DNA of 64,000 nt from an uncultured Acidobacteriota bacterium. GTDB taxonomy: Bacteria; Acidobacteriota; UBA6911. The notes under the pieces are model-generated. The model searched no databases, was not told where the DNA came from, and saw only the letters and a list, made by a program, of their open reading frames with translations. Numbering within the stretch: the stretch's first letter is position 1; every line of letters starts with the position of its first letter. The position numbers and the translations under genes are program-made. Positions 9,415-21,212 of this stretch are shown here, piece by piece. The stretch spans positions 64,001 to 128,000 of the forward strand of contig CAWHCF010000025.1 in NCBI GenBank assembly GCA_963827655.1. The letters are read 5' to 3'.

Positions 9415-12400
9415 TCAAAAATAAAAGTGCAGCGCGAGCTGCATGATGCGCGAGAGACGCGTCGAGGTCACCTGACCGAACAACGGATTCACCTGGTTGC
9501 CTGCCGTATCAAACCTGGCCGTGGTGTCCAATCCGAAATACTGGGTGTGATTGAACGCATTGTACATCTCGCAGCGGAACTGCAAGGATTGGTGCTCGCT
9601 TCGCCCGAGCGGGATTCTCTTCAAAAAGATCAGATCCCAGTTGTGGATTCCCGGCCGGCGAAACACATCCTTGGGAGCGTTGCCGAACGTTCCGGTAGCC
9701 GGTCTGCCAAAGGCATTGGTGTTGAACCAGCGGTCGAAGCTCGCGCTCGTCCCGCCCGAGAATCGGATTCTGCAGCATCACCACACGGGCGCCATCGCCG
9801 CCGCCCGTGATGTCCGCATTGTCCGTGGTGGTGAAGCCGATGCCCGAAGGGGTGCCGCTTGAAAACGTCGCGATGCCATTGAATTGCCAGTTGTCGAACA
9901 CCGCGCGCACGAACGCATTCGGGACCACTGTGCTCAGCTTCGGCAGATCCCACAGGTAGTTGCCCACCAGCTTGTGGGTCTGGTCAAACGAGAGCTTCCC
10001 GTAGTTCCAGATTCGGTAGTCTTGATACGTGGGAAGCGTCTGCTGGTCCGAATCGGTCAGTCCCATCGACTTCGCCCAGGTGTAGGCCAAGCCGAACTGG
10101 AGGCCGCGCGAGAACTGTCGGTTCACGTATACGTGCAGCCCGTTGTAATTGGAGGTGCCGGAGTATTCCTGGTAAGTAAGGTTGGTGTACCCGGGAAAGG
10201 GCCGGAAGAAATTGTCCGGCAGCGCGATGCTCGGATTCGTAGGATCGGCATTACTTGACTGGAATCGGGCGCCGTAGGGAACGACGTTGAGATTCCGTCT
10301 TTGAACCAGGTGGCGGCCCACGTTTCCAACGTAGGAAACATCCAGCACCGTGTTGAAGCCGAGCTCCTGCTGAATGCCGAAGCTGTAGTTATACACGCCC
10401 GGAGTGACTGGGTTCACTTCGTTCGCAAACACCGAGCTCGGGAACAGAACCCCCTGGGCGCTCAGGAACGTCTCCATGTTGTTGTAGAAAATGTTCGGGC
10501 TGAACGAGCGAGGAGGCTGCTGGGTCACCTGATTCATGATTTCATCGGACAGCATGGCCTGTTTGGTGATGCCGAAGCCCGCGCGAACCGCGGTCTTGCC
10601 GTTGCCGAACAGGTCCAGGGCGAAGCCGATTCGGGGCGCAATCTGGATTGCTTCCTGTTCGACGAAGCCGTCGGGAACCGACGGATCGTTCGCCAGCACC
10701 ATGCCGTTAGACGGGTCGCCGGTTCCGGGTACAAAAGCGCCGATAAACACGGCTGGAGCGAACTCACCTGTGGCCGGATTCTGGGCCACGCGGACCCCAC
10801 TGCCATCTCTCGCAGGCCGATAGAAAAGAGGGGCGCGCGCCGGATCGTAGCGGTCGAGAAGCAGGATAGAGCCTTCCCGCTCCGGCTCGCGCAGCAGCCA
10901 CGGGCTGTAGCGCGAGAAGCGGAGTCCCGCGTTTATCGTCAACCTGCGAGTGGCCTTCCACGTGTCCTGGGCGAACCACTCCAGGAGGTCGCCGACGCCC
11001 CATCCGCGGACTCTCAGGGTCGGCTCGACATACGATCGGAAGTTGCCGGTCAGCGCATTGGAGAAGGCCCAGTTGGTATCGAGCGGGTTGTTGGGATCGC
11101 GGGCAAAGTCGAAGTTGCCGGAGAGATTGTTGGCGCGCGGGCCCTCGCTGACCCAGTTCCGCTCATAGTACACACCGAACTTGAGGGAGTGACTCCCGCG
11201 GATCCAACTGAAGTTGTTTACGATATCCAGTCTTTGATCGCCGGCGTCGATGGGAATGCGGGCGTCGAACGCAATGTTCACCGGGTTGGGGACTCCGCCG
11301 AAGGAAGCCGCGGGAATGAAGTTCGACGGATTCACTTCCGGGTTGAACTGGCCGAGCGTCATGCCGTTGGCGGACCGGATCAGCGGCTCGAAGCCAGCCG
11401 GGCTCTGATATCCACCATGGCCGCGCTCACCCAGGTCCCGGAACCCGATGCTGAATTCGTTTACCGTGCTCGGGCCGATCACGCGGGTCCAGCCCACCTT
11501 GACGCTGTCTTCCGTGAACAGGTAATGGTGCCGGAACTGCGGCCAGTTGGAGTTCACCGCCGCCATGCCGGCCGAGGAGCGACCATCCGACCAGTAGTTC
11601 CTGCCGCGAATCGTGATGGTGTCTTTCGGCGCGGGCATGAAATCCAATTTGAGCAGGTTGGTATTCTTGGGTTTGTCGCGGATCTCCTGAAACTGGTAAT
11701 TGTAAGCCCCACCGGTAACACTCCGATCCGTGACGTTGGGCATCGGGAAAACATTCAGCAGCGCCTGACCGTTCCGGCTGATACGGCTCTGGGGAATCAC
11801 ATTGCCGGGGAAGGCCGATCCTGTCACCGGATCCCTGATGATGATCAGCCTGTTGTTCTGGTCGAGGGTCTGGGAGAAGTCCCCCTGGCGCTCCAGAGCC
11901 GTCGGCGTCGTTAACCGGCCAATGTTCAGAGGCTCTTTGACACGCCAGTCTTCCCGGGAATAGAAGAAGAACGCCTTCGACTTGCTGACGTTCCATTTGC
12001 CCGGGATGTAGATGGGACCCCCAATGGTTCCGCCCAGGGTGTCGTAACGGAAAGGGGGCTTGGGCAGACCATCTCTGTTGTTAAAAAAACCGTTCGCGTT
12101 GAATTGCTCGTGGCGCTTGTACCAGTACAGGCTGCCGTGAAACTCGCTCGATCCCGATTTCGAAACCATGTTGATCTGCGGCCCGGAGTTGCGGCCGTAT
12201 TCGGCGTTGTAATTGGTGAGCACCACGTTGACCTCGCCGATTGCGTCCACGCTCGTGACCTCGTTGAAGAGCGAGACCAGGTGGGCGTCGCTTCCCATCT
12301 GCCCGTCGAGCGTCACCGTGTTCCAATAGGAACGAGTACCGGAAATGTTAGGCGTAAAGGTTCCATAGAGGCCGCCGAGGTCATTACCCAGCCCGGTGTC

Positions 12401-12946
12401 GGTTTCACCGGCCGGCGCGCCGTCGCGGATTGCGCCTTGCGAGACGCCGGGCAGCAGTTTGACCATGTTCATTACGTCGCGGCCCCTGACAACCGTACGG
12501 TCGAGTTGCAGAGGAGTCAGCCGGGCGCTTGTCTGGACGCTCTCGGTAGAGATCTGTGAAGTGTCCGCTGATACGGTCACGATCTCGGCCGCAGCTCCCA
12601 CCGAGAGCTGAATCTGCCCGACCGAAACCCGCTCATTGGCGGTGAGAACGATCCCGCTCTGCTCGAAGTTGCGGAAGCCGGCGCTGTTCACCTTGAGGGT
12701 GTACGTACCCGGCGGGAGCATCGCAAATACAAAGGTTCCCGACTGGTTTGTCACGCCGGAGCGCGCCGCGCCGATGCCTTCGCGAATAAGCTCCAAAGCA
12801 GCCCCGGCAACCATGGCGCCCGACTGGTCGGTAACCGTCCCGGTGATCTCGCCCGTTATGGTTTGCGCAGGCCCGAGGCCCGGAAAGCACACAGCCCAGA
12901 ACGCTGCCAGAACGAGCACACCCCTCGCATCTCGAAGTGTCCGCAT
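9415..12946 (-). CDS. TonB-dependent receptor (Oar-like), frameshift near 9745
   Basis: GTVTDQSGA carboxypeptidase-regulatory-like domain, NAEYGR..KSGS, QDTWK, terminal RIMQLALHFYF; AGGAGG RBS. Confidence 0.9.
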
Positions 12947-13141
12947 AGGATTCCTCCTGGTCGGAATTACATCGGAGTTTCCATTGGGGGACTTGTGATT
13001 GCCGACCAGTATACACCCGATTAAACCGCCAAGACTCAAAGTTCTTCGACTTCGCCAGCAACGCCCCCGTACAACACGTCGATTCGAACGTCCACAAGTG
13101 CAAAGACAGGCTGCATCTTCGCGGTTCGCTGCGGACGAGGT

Positions 13142-14595
13142 CTATCCCGTCGGGCGAGGCGTGGTATCCAACAGTGCGCCGAGCCAGGGCTGTTCGTAGA
13201 CCTGGCGCACCCGGCGACCGAAGGCATTGCTCTGCGGCGCGCCGTGCGGCTTCGACCGCGCGAAGCCGATCTGATAGAGCGTGGCCAGAATGTCGGGGCG
13301 TCCTCGAAGGCCCCAGTCGGGGTTTGTTGCCTCCCACTGGTTCTGATAGAGGGCGAGGATCAGGGCGCACATGGCAAGGTTCGACTGGGCGTCCAGGAGC
13401 GCGTTGGCGACGATATGCCTCTCCGCGGGGACGGGAATCGGAGAGATCACAGAGGTCTGCACCGCGGCTGGCAGGGTCCACTCGTCAGGGACGGGCTCAA
13501 CGTCTCGATACGAGTAGAACGCCGGCCTGGGGAGGTCGTCCGGCTTGTGCCCCGTTGCCAGCACGCTGGCTGTCTGCGCCGTGCGCGGCTTGATCTGTGC
13601 CAGGCCGACCGAGATATCAAGCGAGCGATTGAGCAAAGGATTTTCGTCCGTTCCGAGCTCGTCCATTCGATCGGGCGGTCCGAGCCCGAGATCCCCGCGC
13701 ATATTCTTGCCCCATGCGCTGATGACGAGGCGCTCAAGCGCGCCCCGGAAGGGCGAAAGCTGGTCGCGATGGGTGACGTAGACGATTGAGGCGATCAACC
13801 GCGGGTCGACATCGTAGCGCGCTGCGGCCGCGCGGATGGAATCGCGATGGTCGCTCACCAGCCTCCGCACGGCCGCGTCCGACCGGCGGTGTGCGGCGAA
13901 GGCGAACGTGACGAGCGCCACACCCACCACGCCCGCTACGGCGACGCGCGCCGCGCGGTCCGGCAGGAGGAACAGGCCATGCCGTCCGGACGCCTGTCCC
14001 GAAGGAGTGGATGTCGAAAGAAGGTAGTCCCACAACAGGACAGCAGGAATGAGGTAGAGGGGGCAGAGTCTCAGGACGTTGAGCGCGAACGGAACGGCGA
14101 AGTCTTGTTCCATTCCGTCACGATAAGCAACCAGGCGTCCTTGATGGTATAGATCAGCAGGCACGCGAGCCCGGCCACAAGCAGCGCGCGCACGCCGGCA
14201 CGCAAGGCGCGCGAGCGAGGATCGAGCGCGGCACCGAATACCCTCACGGTCCAGAACAGCGTCAGCAGGATCCACGCGATGGTCGTCAGAGGCGCGAGCC
14301 ACCAGTCGGCGCCGGATCGCAGCGTCGAAAGCGCAGGCTTGAAGATCGCAAGGTAAAGCACGGGGTTGATCAAGCCGAACCCGATCTCCAGCGCAAGCCG
14401 CACCCACCGGCGCATGAATGCCGGCACGGAGGGCCAGGGCTGCCGTCCGCGTGAGTGTGACGCTGCCGTCCAGATCACCGCCGCGAGCAACGCGAGGTTG
14501 ACGAAAAAGACCGACGGAATAAGAAGGAAGGCCATACCGTAGAGGACATATGCCCTGGCGAGCCAGATGCCGGCGAGTTCGATCAGTCCGTCCAT
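13142..14595 (-). CDS. Multi-pass membrane protein with C-terminal lysozyme/SLT-like domain, frameshift near 14100
   Basis: Hydrophobic ORF 14071-14595 continues into the frame with IRAAAARYDVDPRLIASI and SVGLAQIKPRTA. Confidence 0.6.
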
Positions 14596-14612
14596 GCGCG
14601 TTCTCCCGTCGC

Positions 14613-14697
14613 GTTTCTTGGCGTCTTCGTGGCTTCGTGGTCAGCGCTGCCGAACAGAATACCACCAAGACTTAAAGACGCGAAGAAACACCAGGAC
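14613..14697. repeat. 9-mer-periodic repeat, inverted pair
   Basis: tttcttggcgtcttcgtggcttcgtggt...accaccaagacttaaagacgcgaagaaacacc. Confidence 0.75.
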
Positions 14698-14773
14698 ATT
14701 CCAAAACGATGTTGCGGGATATTGAGAAATAGCCTGGGGGTGCGGTAGCCTAATCGCCTGTGGAGATCGAACA

Positions 14774-15241
14774 ATGAAAGCCGAAACTAAGACTGAAACC
14801 AACGTCAAGCAAGCCGTGCCGTTTTTCGGAGTGACCAACATCGAAGAGTCCGTCCGCTATTACGTCGACGGCCTCGGCTTCGAGATGACCCATAAATGGA
14901 TAGACGAGGGAAAGCTCCGCTGGTGCTGGCTTCAACACGGGGGCGCGGCCCTGATGCTCCAGGAGATCGCGAAGGAAGGGCCCCATTCCCAAGTGCCGGA
15001 AGGGAAATTGGGCCAGGGCGTATCGATCTGCTTCATCTGCGAGGATGCCCTGGCTATCTACCGCGAGGTGACCTCGCGCGGGATTCAAGCCTCGAGACCC
15101 TTCGTAGGGAACGGGATGTGGGTCACTTCGCTGTCGGATCCCGACGGCTACATCATTGAGTTCGAGAGCTACACGGACGTACCCGAGGACACGGAGTTCT
15201 CGGAGGACAAGGATGCTGAACCGTCAGGGAGACCAGAATGA
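14774..15241 (+). CDS. VOC/glyoxalase family protein
   Basis: AVPFFGVTNIEESVRYYVDGLGF ... DPDGYIIEF; GGAG RBS. Confidence 0.85.
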   Translation: MKAETKTETNVKQAVPFFGVTNIEESVRYYVDGLGFEMTHKWIDEGKLRWCWLQHGGAALMLQEIAKEGPHSQVPEGKLGQGVSICFICEDALAIYREVTSRGIQASRPFVGNGMWVTSLSDPDGYIIEFESYTDVPEDTEFSEDKDAEPSGRPE

Positions 15242-15624
15242 AAGCCGTATTCAAGACCGCCGTGCCTTACCAGGCAGACGAAATGAACCTGCCAGTGGAG
15301 AATCTGGATGCCGCCATTCCTTTTTACGAAAGGATAATGGGGTTCCAGGTTGTATCACGGAAAGATTCCCCCTGTCAGTCCGCTGTTCTCGGTAGAGATG
15401 GCATTCAGATAGGTCTGGCCGAAAATGGGGGCGACCCATCCCAGGATGGATGCTTCTTCGAAGTTGATAATGCCGAAGCGGCCTTCGCGGAATTGAAGTC
15501 GAATGGCTTGGAAAAAGGGGAGGCCGGCTTCCGAATTGACCGTCACGGAGATACTTCTTACAAAGTTTTCTTTGTCATAGCACCGGACGGGCTTTGTTAC
15601 TGTCTGGGTGAACGGCAGAGTTGA
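15238..15624 (+). CDS. VOC/glyoxalase family protein
   Basis: LPVENLDAAIPFYERIMGF ... APDGLCY; ATGA overlap with upstream gene. Confidence 0.8.
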   Translation: MKAVFKTAVPYQADEMNLPVENLDAAIPFYERIMGFQVVSRKDSPCQSAVLGRDGIQIGLAENGGDPSQDGCFFEVDNAEAAFAELKSNGLEKGEAGFRIDRHGDTSYKVFFVIAPDGLCYCLGERQS

Positions 15625-15639
15625 GAGTCGCTTCGTATG

Positions 15640-15693
15640 ATTCTTATGTTTCTTCGTGTCTTTGAGTCTTAGTGGTATTTGTTAAACAGCTCT
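15640..15693 (-). repeat. 9-mer-periodic repeat, single arm plus conserved spacer
   Basis: ttcttatgtttcttcgtgtctttgagtcttagtggtatttgttaaacagctct between convergent genes. Confidence 0.75.
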
Positions 15694-15694
15694 G

Positions 15695-17047
15695 TCATTT
15701 CTTCACTCCAGGTCTTGCGCCCTGCTCTACCAGAAACTTCACGACGGTCTCGTACTTCAAGGCCTGGGCAGCGTCGAGTGCCGTGCGGCCGTCGGTGTTG
15801 GCAGCATTGACATCGACGCCAAGTTCCTGCGCCAGTTTCACGGCCTCGAGGGTCAGCGCTTCGCGTTCGCCGGGGGCCGGCTGAACCCATGGCGTTCCGC
15901 CGCCCATTCCGGTCGCAGCCATCAGGGCCGTCGTCACGTCCTTCCGCCGCCCACCACCCTCGCCCGCAGCGTACTCGGCGCGGTGTACGAACAGCGGATC
16001 GGCGCCATGCTTCACCAGGAGGCGCATAACGCCCGGTTGGGTGAAACGCGCGGCCAGCCAGAACGGCGTCGCTCCTACCAGTGCGGGCGGGAAATTGAAG
16101 TCTTTCGAAGAGCGGCGAGTGGGAGTCCAGGTCCGAAGTGGAGCGCTCGGATCCGCGCCGCGCGCGAGAAGAGCGGTTACGGTCTTTTCGTCCCGGCGCA
16201 TGATCGCCTCATGGAGCGCAGTAAAGCCGGCCGCAGCCGCGTTCGGGTCGGCGCCTTTCTCGAGCAGAAACTCGACCAGCTCTCCATAACCGGAGTGAGC
16301 GGCGAGAACCGTGGCGCTGACTCCCCAGGCATCCGCGTCGTTGACGTTGGCGCCGGCAGCCACGAGGAGCCTGGCCGAGGCCAGGTCGCCCACTCGCGCG
16401 GCAAACATCAACGCGGTGTCGCCCCCATGCGGGATCGCGCGGTTGTATTCCGGAAGACCATGGGGAGGTACCGCCATCACCTGGCTCCAGACCTCCGAGC
16501 GGGCATGGATGTCCGCGCCGTGCGCGAGCAGCACCTCTACGACGTCGGGGTGTTTCTGCGCCACCGCCCACATGAGCGCGGTCTGACCGCGCGCGGCGCG
16601 CGCGTTCGCGTTGGCGCCCCTGACAAGCAGCTGTTTGACAACGTCCGGATTGCCCGAGCGACACGCGACCATCAGGGGGGTCTCGCCCAGCAGAAGCGCC
16701 GCATTCGGGTTCGCCCCAGCCTCCAGCAACCTCCGGACCATGGCCGCGCTGCCGTTCAGGCTGGCCGTCCAGAGCGGCGTGGCGCCAAGATCATTGGCCG
16801 CGTTCACCTTGGCGCCGGCGCGAATAAGCAGGTCGGCGCTTTCAACATCATCCCGGTAGCTCGCCCAATGAAGGGCGGTCGCGCCATCCACATCGGCTGC
16901 GTCGACGCCCGCTCCCTGCTTGAGCAGAGCTCGCAAGGCATCGCGGTCGGCGTTCTTGGCCGCCCGAATCAGCGGTGGCAATTCGCGGCCGGCGGCGCCG
17001 ATGAGGAAGACGGCCAGCAGTGGGATCAGGCCGGATGCCCTGCGCAT
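15695..17047 (-). CDS. Secreted ankyrin-repeat protein
   Basis: Signal peptide; repeated GxTALHWA/GxTPL...LL..GADxN units. Confidence 0.9.
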   Translation of the reverse strand: MRRASGLIPLLAVFLIGAAGRELPPLIRAAKNADRDALRALLKQGAGVDAADVDGATALHWASYRDDVESADLLIRAGAKVNAANDLGATPLWTASLNGSAAMVRRLLEAGANPNAALLLGETPLMVACRSGNPDVVKQLLVRGANANARAARGQTALMWAVAQKHPDVVEVLLAHGADIHARSEVWSQVMAVPPHGLPEYNRAIPHGGDTALMFAARVGDLASARLLVAAGANVNDADAWGVSATVLAAHSGYGELVEFLLEKGADPNAAAAGFTALHEAIMRRDEKTVTALLARGADPSAPLRTWTPTRRSSKDFNFPPALVGATPFWLAARFTQPGVMRLLVKHGADPLFVHRAEYAAGEGGGRRKDVTTALMAATGMGGGTPWVQPAPGEREALTLEAVKLAQELGVDVNAANTDGRTALDAAQALKYETVVKFLVEQGARPGVKK

Positions 17048-17059
17048 CGTCCCTCCTTA

Positions 17060-17211
17060 GGGCTCGCGCAGAAATAACTTCACATTCTGGCGCGAGAGTC
17101 GGTGGTCAATCATGAACCGGTTTCTGTTCGCTAAGCACGCTGAGGATCGCGCCCCTTCGGGCTGCGGTCCCAGGCCCGCAGCAGAATGCGAACTTATTTC
17201 TGCGCGAACCC
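17060..17211. mobile_element. 152-bp MITE with 30-bp terminal inverted repeats and TTA target duplication
   Basis: tta|gggctcgcgcagaaataacttcacattctg ... cagaatgcgaacttatttctgcgcgaaccc|tta; 3 mismatches in 30 bp. Confidence 0.8.
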
Positions 17212-18552
17212 TTACACCCCGGAAAGCGTATCGATCGAGAGCCTGCCGGTGCTGCCGCCGTGCCGTTCGACCGGCACGGCGAGCTTGTCCATCAACGTCA
17301 CCAGCAAATTGGCCATCGAGGGCTTGTCGGAATAGTTCAGATGCCGGCCGCCCTTGAGCCGTCCCGCCCCGCCCCCGATCACCAGCAGCGGCAGGTTGTC
17401 GCCCGAGTGCTTCGTGCTGTTGGAAATGCCCGAGCCGTACAGGATGGTCATGTGATCCAGCAGCGAGCCGTCGCCGTCGTTCGTCGCGCGAAGCTTGGCC
17501 AGGTACTGCGAGAACAACCGGGTGTGATAACAGTTGATCTTCGACATGCGCTCGATCAACTCGGGAATATCGTTGTGATGAGACAGCGGATGGTGCGCCT
17601 CCGGCACGCCGATTTGCGGGTATGGGCGGGCGCTCTGTTCCTTGCCGATCATGAACGAGATGACGCGGGTCAGGTCAGATTGAAGCGCCAGAAGCTGCAA
17701 GTCCAGCATCAGGGCCAGATGGTCTTCGAAAACCGCCGGTACGCCCTGAGGCTGCTCAATCGCCGGCAGCTCGACGTCGCGCTGTTCGTCCGCTTTCTGA
17801 ATGCGCCGTTCGACGTCACGAATCGACTCCGTGTATTCATCGACCTTAACCCGGTCTTGCGGGCCCAGCTCCCTCTTGAGGTTCGCCAACTTTTCCGTCA
17901 CCGAGTCCAGAATGCTTTTCTGCTGCCGTAACCTCTCTTCCCGCGCCGCCCGCTCCGTGCTGCCGCTGTCGCCGAACAGCCTCTCGAATACAGCCCGCGG
18001 GTTGTACTCCATGGGCAACGGCTGGGTCGGGCTGCGCCACGAGATCGTGTGGGTGTAGGCGCAACTCAGGTTGCCCGTGCATGCGCCGGCATTGGCGGGG
18101 GGATCCATAGCCAGCTCGAGCGATGCCACCTGCGTCTCGCTCGCGAATCGCCTCGCGAGCAGCTGGTCGATCGACACGTCCGCGATGATCTCCACTTCGT
18201 TTCGTCCGCCGCGCGTCGTGCCCGTCAGAAATGACCCCGAGGCGCCCGCGTGAATGTAGTTCCAGCTCGCGCGGATGCCCGACAGCACCAGCATCTGGTT
18301 CCGGAACGGCGCCAATGGCTCCAGAATGGGTGAGAGTTGGAAGTCGCTCCCCTCACCCTTGGGCGACCAATACTCCATGGCCATTCCGTTCGGCACATAG
18401 AACGTCTGGAACCGGTGCGCCGGCTTCGCGGCGGCCTGCCCCTTGCGCGAGATCGCGGGAAGCATCGCCTCCAGCAATGGCAGCGCCATGGTTGCGCCCA
18501 GTCCCCGCAGGACGGTCCGCCGCGGCAGCGATTTTGCGGTCAGGAAATTCAT
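17212..18552 (-). CDS. DUF1552 (HxxSHH) family protein
   Basis: RRTVLRG Tat-like leader, YVPNG, NPRAVFERLFG, HHPLSHH, GSLLD, ANLLVT. Confidence 0.9.
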   Translation of the reverse strand: MNFLTAKSLPRRTVLRGLGATMALPLLEAMLPAISRKGQAAAKPAHRFQTFYVPNGMAMEYWSPKGEGSDFQLSPILEPLAPFRNQMLVLSGIRASWNYIHAGASGSFLTGTTRGGRNEVEIIADVSIDQLLARRFASETQVASLELAMDPPANAGACTGNLSCAYTHTISWRSPTQPLPMEYNPRAVFERLFGDSGSTERAAREERLRQQKSILDSVTEKLANLKRELGPQDRVKVDEYTESIRDVERRIQKADEQRDVELPAIEQPQGVPAVFEDHLALMLDLQLLALQSDLTRVISFMIGKEQSARPYPQIGVPEAHHPLSHHNDIPELIERMSKINCYHTRLFSQYLAKLRATNDGDGSLLDHMTILYGSGISNSTKHSGDNLPLLVIGGGAGRLKGGRHLNYSDKPSMANLLVTLMDKLAVPVERHGGSTGRLSIDTLSGV

Positions 18553-18563
18553 GTCGGTCTCCA

Positions 18564-18692
18564 AGGCTCGCGCAGAAATAACTTCAGATTCAGGCGCGAG
18601 AGCCGGTGATCAATTGTTGACCGTGTTCACTGTTACCTCCGCAGCCTGGCAACCTCAGTATCGCGAATGCGAACCTATTTCTGGGCGATCCC
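18564..18692. mobile_element. Second, diverged copy of the MITE
   Basis: aggctcgcgcagaaataacttcagattc ... gaatgcgaacctatttctgggcgatccc. Confidence 0.7.
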
Positions 18693-21212
18693 TTGGATCG
18701 CCGCGCGTGAGGTCCGCATCAGAAACGTGGGGCTTTTCACAATTCCCACGATGAGCGACGACCATCGGTAGTCACTGGCTGCTGCGTCGCGGACGATCTT
18801 GCGCACTGCCGGCCGATCGTAATAGTCGAGCCGGCGGCCGAGAGCGTACGCCAAAAGCTTTTCGGTGACGGTGCGGGGAAACTGATCGGGCTGCTCGAGC
18901 AACAGCGCACGCAAGCCCGAAAGGCCATCGACCCTGGCGCCGCTCACCGTGGTCCCGGTCGCGTCGACGGGCTTGCCCACTTCGTCAACGGTTCTCCACG
19001 CGCCAATCGCGTCAAAGTTTTCCAGCGCAAACCCCAGGGAATCAATGACTGAATGACAACTGGCGCAGGCGGGATTCTGCCGATGCTGCGTCAGCCGCTC
19101 GCGTATCGACATCGGCATCGCGCCCGGCTTGTTCTCCGCCAGATTGGTGTCCACGCCTGGAGGAGGGGGCGGTACAGGCAAGCCGAAGACATTGTTCAGC
19201 AGCCACTTGCCACGTAAGACCGGCGATGTTCGGTCGGGATAGGAGGTTGTCGTCAGCAGCGCTCCCTCCGCCAGCAACCCGCCCCGCTGATCGGGGTTCG
19301 GGAGAGTGACTCGCCGGAAGCGGCTGCCGTAAATCCCTGGAATTCCGTAGTGCCGCGCCAGCCGTTCGTTCACAAAAGTATAGTTGGCGCGCAAAAGATC
19401 GAGGACGCTGCGATCCTCCCGCAGCGTGCTGGCGACAAACAGCTCCGTTTCCCGTTTGAATGCCTCCAGCAGACTGGCGTCAAAACTCGGATAATGATCC
19501 GGATGGACCACCACTTCGCCGACGCGGCGCAGATTCAACCACTGCGCGGCGAAACCGTCCACCAGCGCACCCGTGGCGCGGGGATCGTCCAACATGCGCC
19601 GCACTTGCTGTTCCAGGATCAGCGGTTTGCTGAGCTGTCCGCGCACCGCCAAGTCGATCAGGGTGTCATCGGGAATGCTGCTCCACAAGAAAAACGACAA
19701 GCGCGAGGCGAGCTCCATGTCGCTCAGGCGATAGGTGGCTTGACCAGGCGCGGCGGGATCCCGATGGACGCGCAGCAGAAAGTCGGGGTCGACGAGAACT
19801 CGCTCGAGCGCGATCTGGATCCCGTTGTCAAAGCTTCCACCGTCCTGCCGGCCCCTGGAGAAGAATTCGAGCAGCGTCTGCACGTCGGCCTTGGTCACGG
19901 GCCGCCGATAAGCAAGCCGGGCGATCCTCGAAAGGATCTTTTGCGCGCACGCCTTTTCTTCCGCAGCAGTCCGGGGTTGACAGACGAAAATTGCGCGACG
20001 GCTGGGCGTGTCCTTTGCCGGTCCGGTGATTTGGAACGGGCCTCCGATCTGGACCGAGCCCACGCTTGCGTAATCCATGTATAGCTGGTCGTTTGTCAGC
20101 ACCCTGCCTCGTTGCCGTGGCTGAGGGAGACCTTCCGGCTCCCACAGCTCTCTCACGAACGACACGCCGACGACGCGCCGTCCCGCCTCGACCGGCACGC
20201 GGATCTCCAGCCCGGCGTCGCCGGTGACCTGCATGTACTTCTCCCATTCGGGATCGCCGGCAAAGCCCGGTTCACCGTCGCCGGCGTAACTGGCCGCGGC
20301 AGGCCTGCCCTGGGCTCCCCCTCCGACGGTGAATCGTTTCAGCAGCTTGCCATCAAGCCGGATGTCGAGCTGCTGCGGCCAGCCCATGCCCATGATGTAG
20401 TCCTGATACTGTCTTCGGAGACGAACTTTGATGAGATATTGGGCGTCGACTGGAAAGTCAAAGGGAATCGCGATGCCTCCACGGGATCCGAACGGCAGGT
20501 CTTCGCTCTGCCGGTCATCTTGAACCACGTGCAAGGGAATCGCGAAGGTCTCGATCCCGGGACTCGCGGGAGGCAGACCTATCGCGAGCCGCGTGACCTG
20601 ACGGGCCACTGACAGATATCGCTCAAGGTGGGCCGTCGAAATCGTGAGCACATCCGCGAAATTGTCGAAACTGCCGTCCGCGGTCTCATCCCCCGGCAGC
20701 AGCGGCCTCACATCGACCTCGAGCGCGAACAGGTCGCGAATCGCGTTGTTGTATTCCGTGCGATTGAGGCGGTGGATGGCGCTGATCCTGCCCGGATTGG
20801 GATTGGCCCCCCACGCCCGGTCGATTTCGGTCTCCAGCCAGCCGGCCGTCGCGTGATAGGTGGCCGCATCGGGCCGGGGCGTCCCGGGCGGCGGCATCGA
20901 GCCGGCGCGAAGCTTCGCTATGACTTTTTCCCACACCTCCGCATTGGAACCCGGGTTCTTGAGGTCCAGACGGTCGAGCTCGAGTCCAGCGGTCCGGAGC
21001 GTCTGGTTATGGCACGCGATGCAGTATTTCTCGAAGACCATCTGCGGGGCAGGAAACGTCGAGGAAGCGGGTTGCCTCTGCCAGGCCGAAGTCTGAACGC
21101 TGGATAAAATGACGACGATGCAGCCGCTGATCAAGAAGGCAGTGATTGATGGGCGCACCACAGCCGAGAGCCGCCTGAATCCATGCCGCATATCGTGCCC
21201 CAAAAACTGCAT
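18675..21212 (-). CDS. Cytochrome c-containing DUF1592/1588/1587/1585/1595 family protein
   Basis: CIACH and CASCH heme motifs, RLNRTEYNN, ELASRLSFFLWSS, TSPVLRGKW; GGAGG RBS before ATG 21212. Confidence 0.9.
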   Translation of the reverse strand: MQFLGHDMRHGFRRLSAVVRPSITAFLISGCIVVILSSVQTSAWQRQPASSTFPAPQMVFEKYCIACHNQTLRTAGLELDRLDLKNPGSNAEVWEKVIAKLRAGSMPPPGTPRPDAATYHATAGWLETEIDRAWGANPNPGRISAIHRLNRTEYNNAIRDLFALEVDVRPLLPGDETADGSFDNFADVLTISTAHLERYLSVARQVTRLAIGLPPASPGIETFAIPLHVVQDDRQSEDLPFGSRGGIAIPFDFPVDAQYLIKVRLRRQYQDYIMGMGWPQQLDIRLDGKLLKRFTVGGGAQGRPAAASYAGDGEPGFAGDPEWEKYMQVTGDAGLEIRVPVEAGRRVVGVSFVRELWEPEGLPQPRQRGRVLTNDQLYMDYASVGSVQIGGPFQITGPAKDTPSRRAIFVCQPRTAAEEKACAQKILSRIARLAYRRPVTKADVQTLLEFFSRGRQDGGSFDNGIQIALERVLVDPDFLLRVHRDPAAPGQATYRLSDMELASRLSFFLWSSIPDDTLIDLAVRGQLSKPLILEQQVRRMLDDPRATGALVDGFAAQWLNLRRVGEVVVHPDHYPSFDASLLEAFKRETELFVASTLREDRSVLDLLRANYTFVNERLARHYGIPGIYGSRFRRVTLPNPDQRGGLLAEGALLTTTSYPDRTSPVLRGKWLLNNVFGLPVPPPPPGVDTNLAENKPGAMPMSIRERLTQHRQNPACASCHSVIDSLGFALENFDAIGAWRTVDEVGKPVDATGTTVSGARVDGLSGLRALLLEQPDQFPRTVTEKLLAYALGRRLDYYDRPAVRKIVRDAAASDYRWSSLIVGIVKSPTFLMRTSRAAIQGIAQK

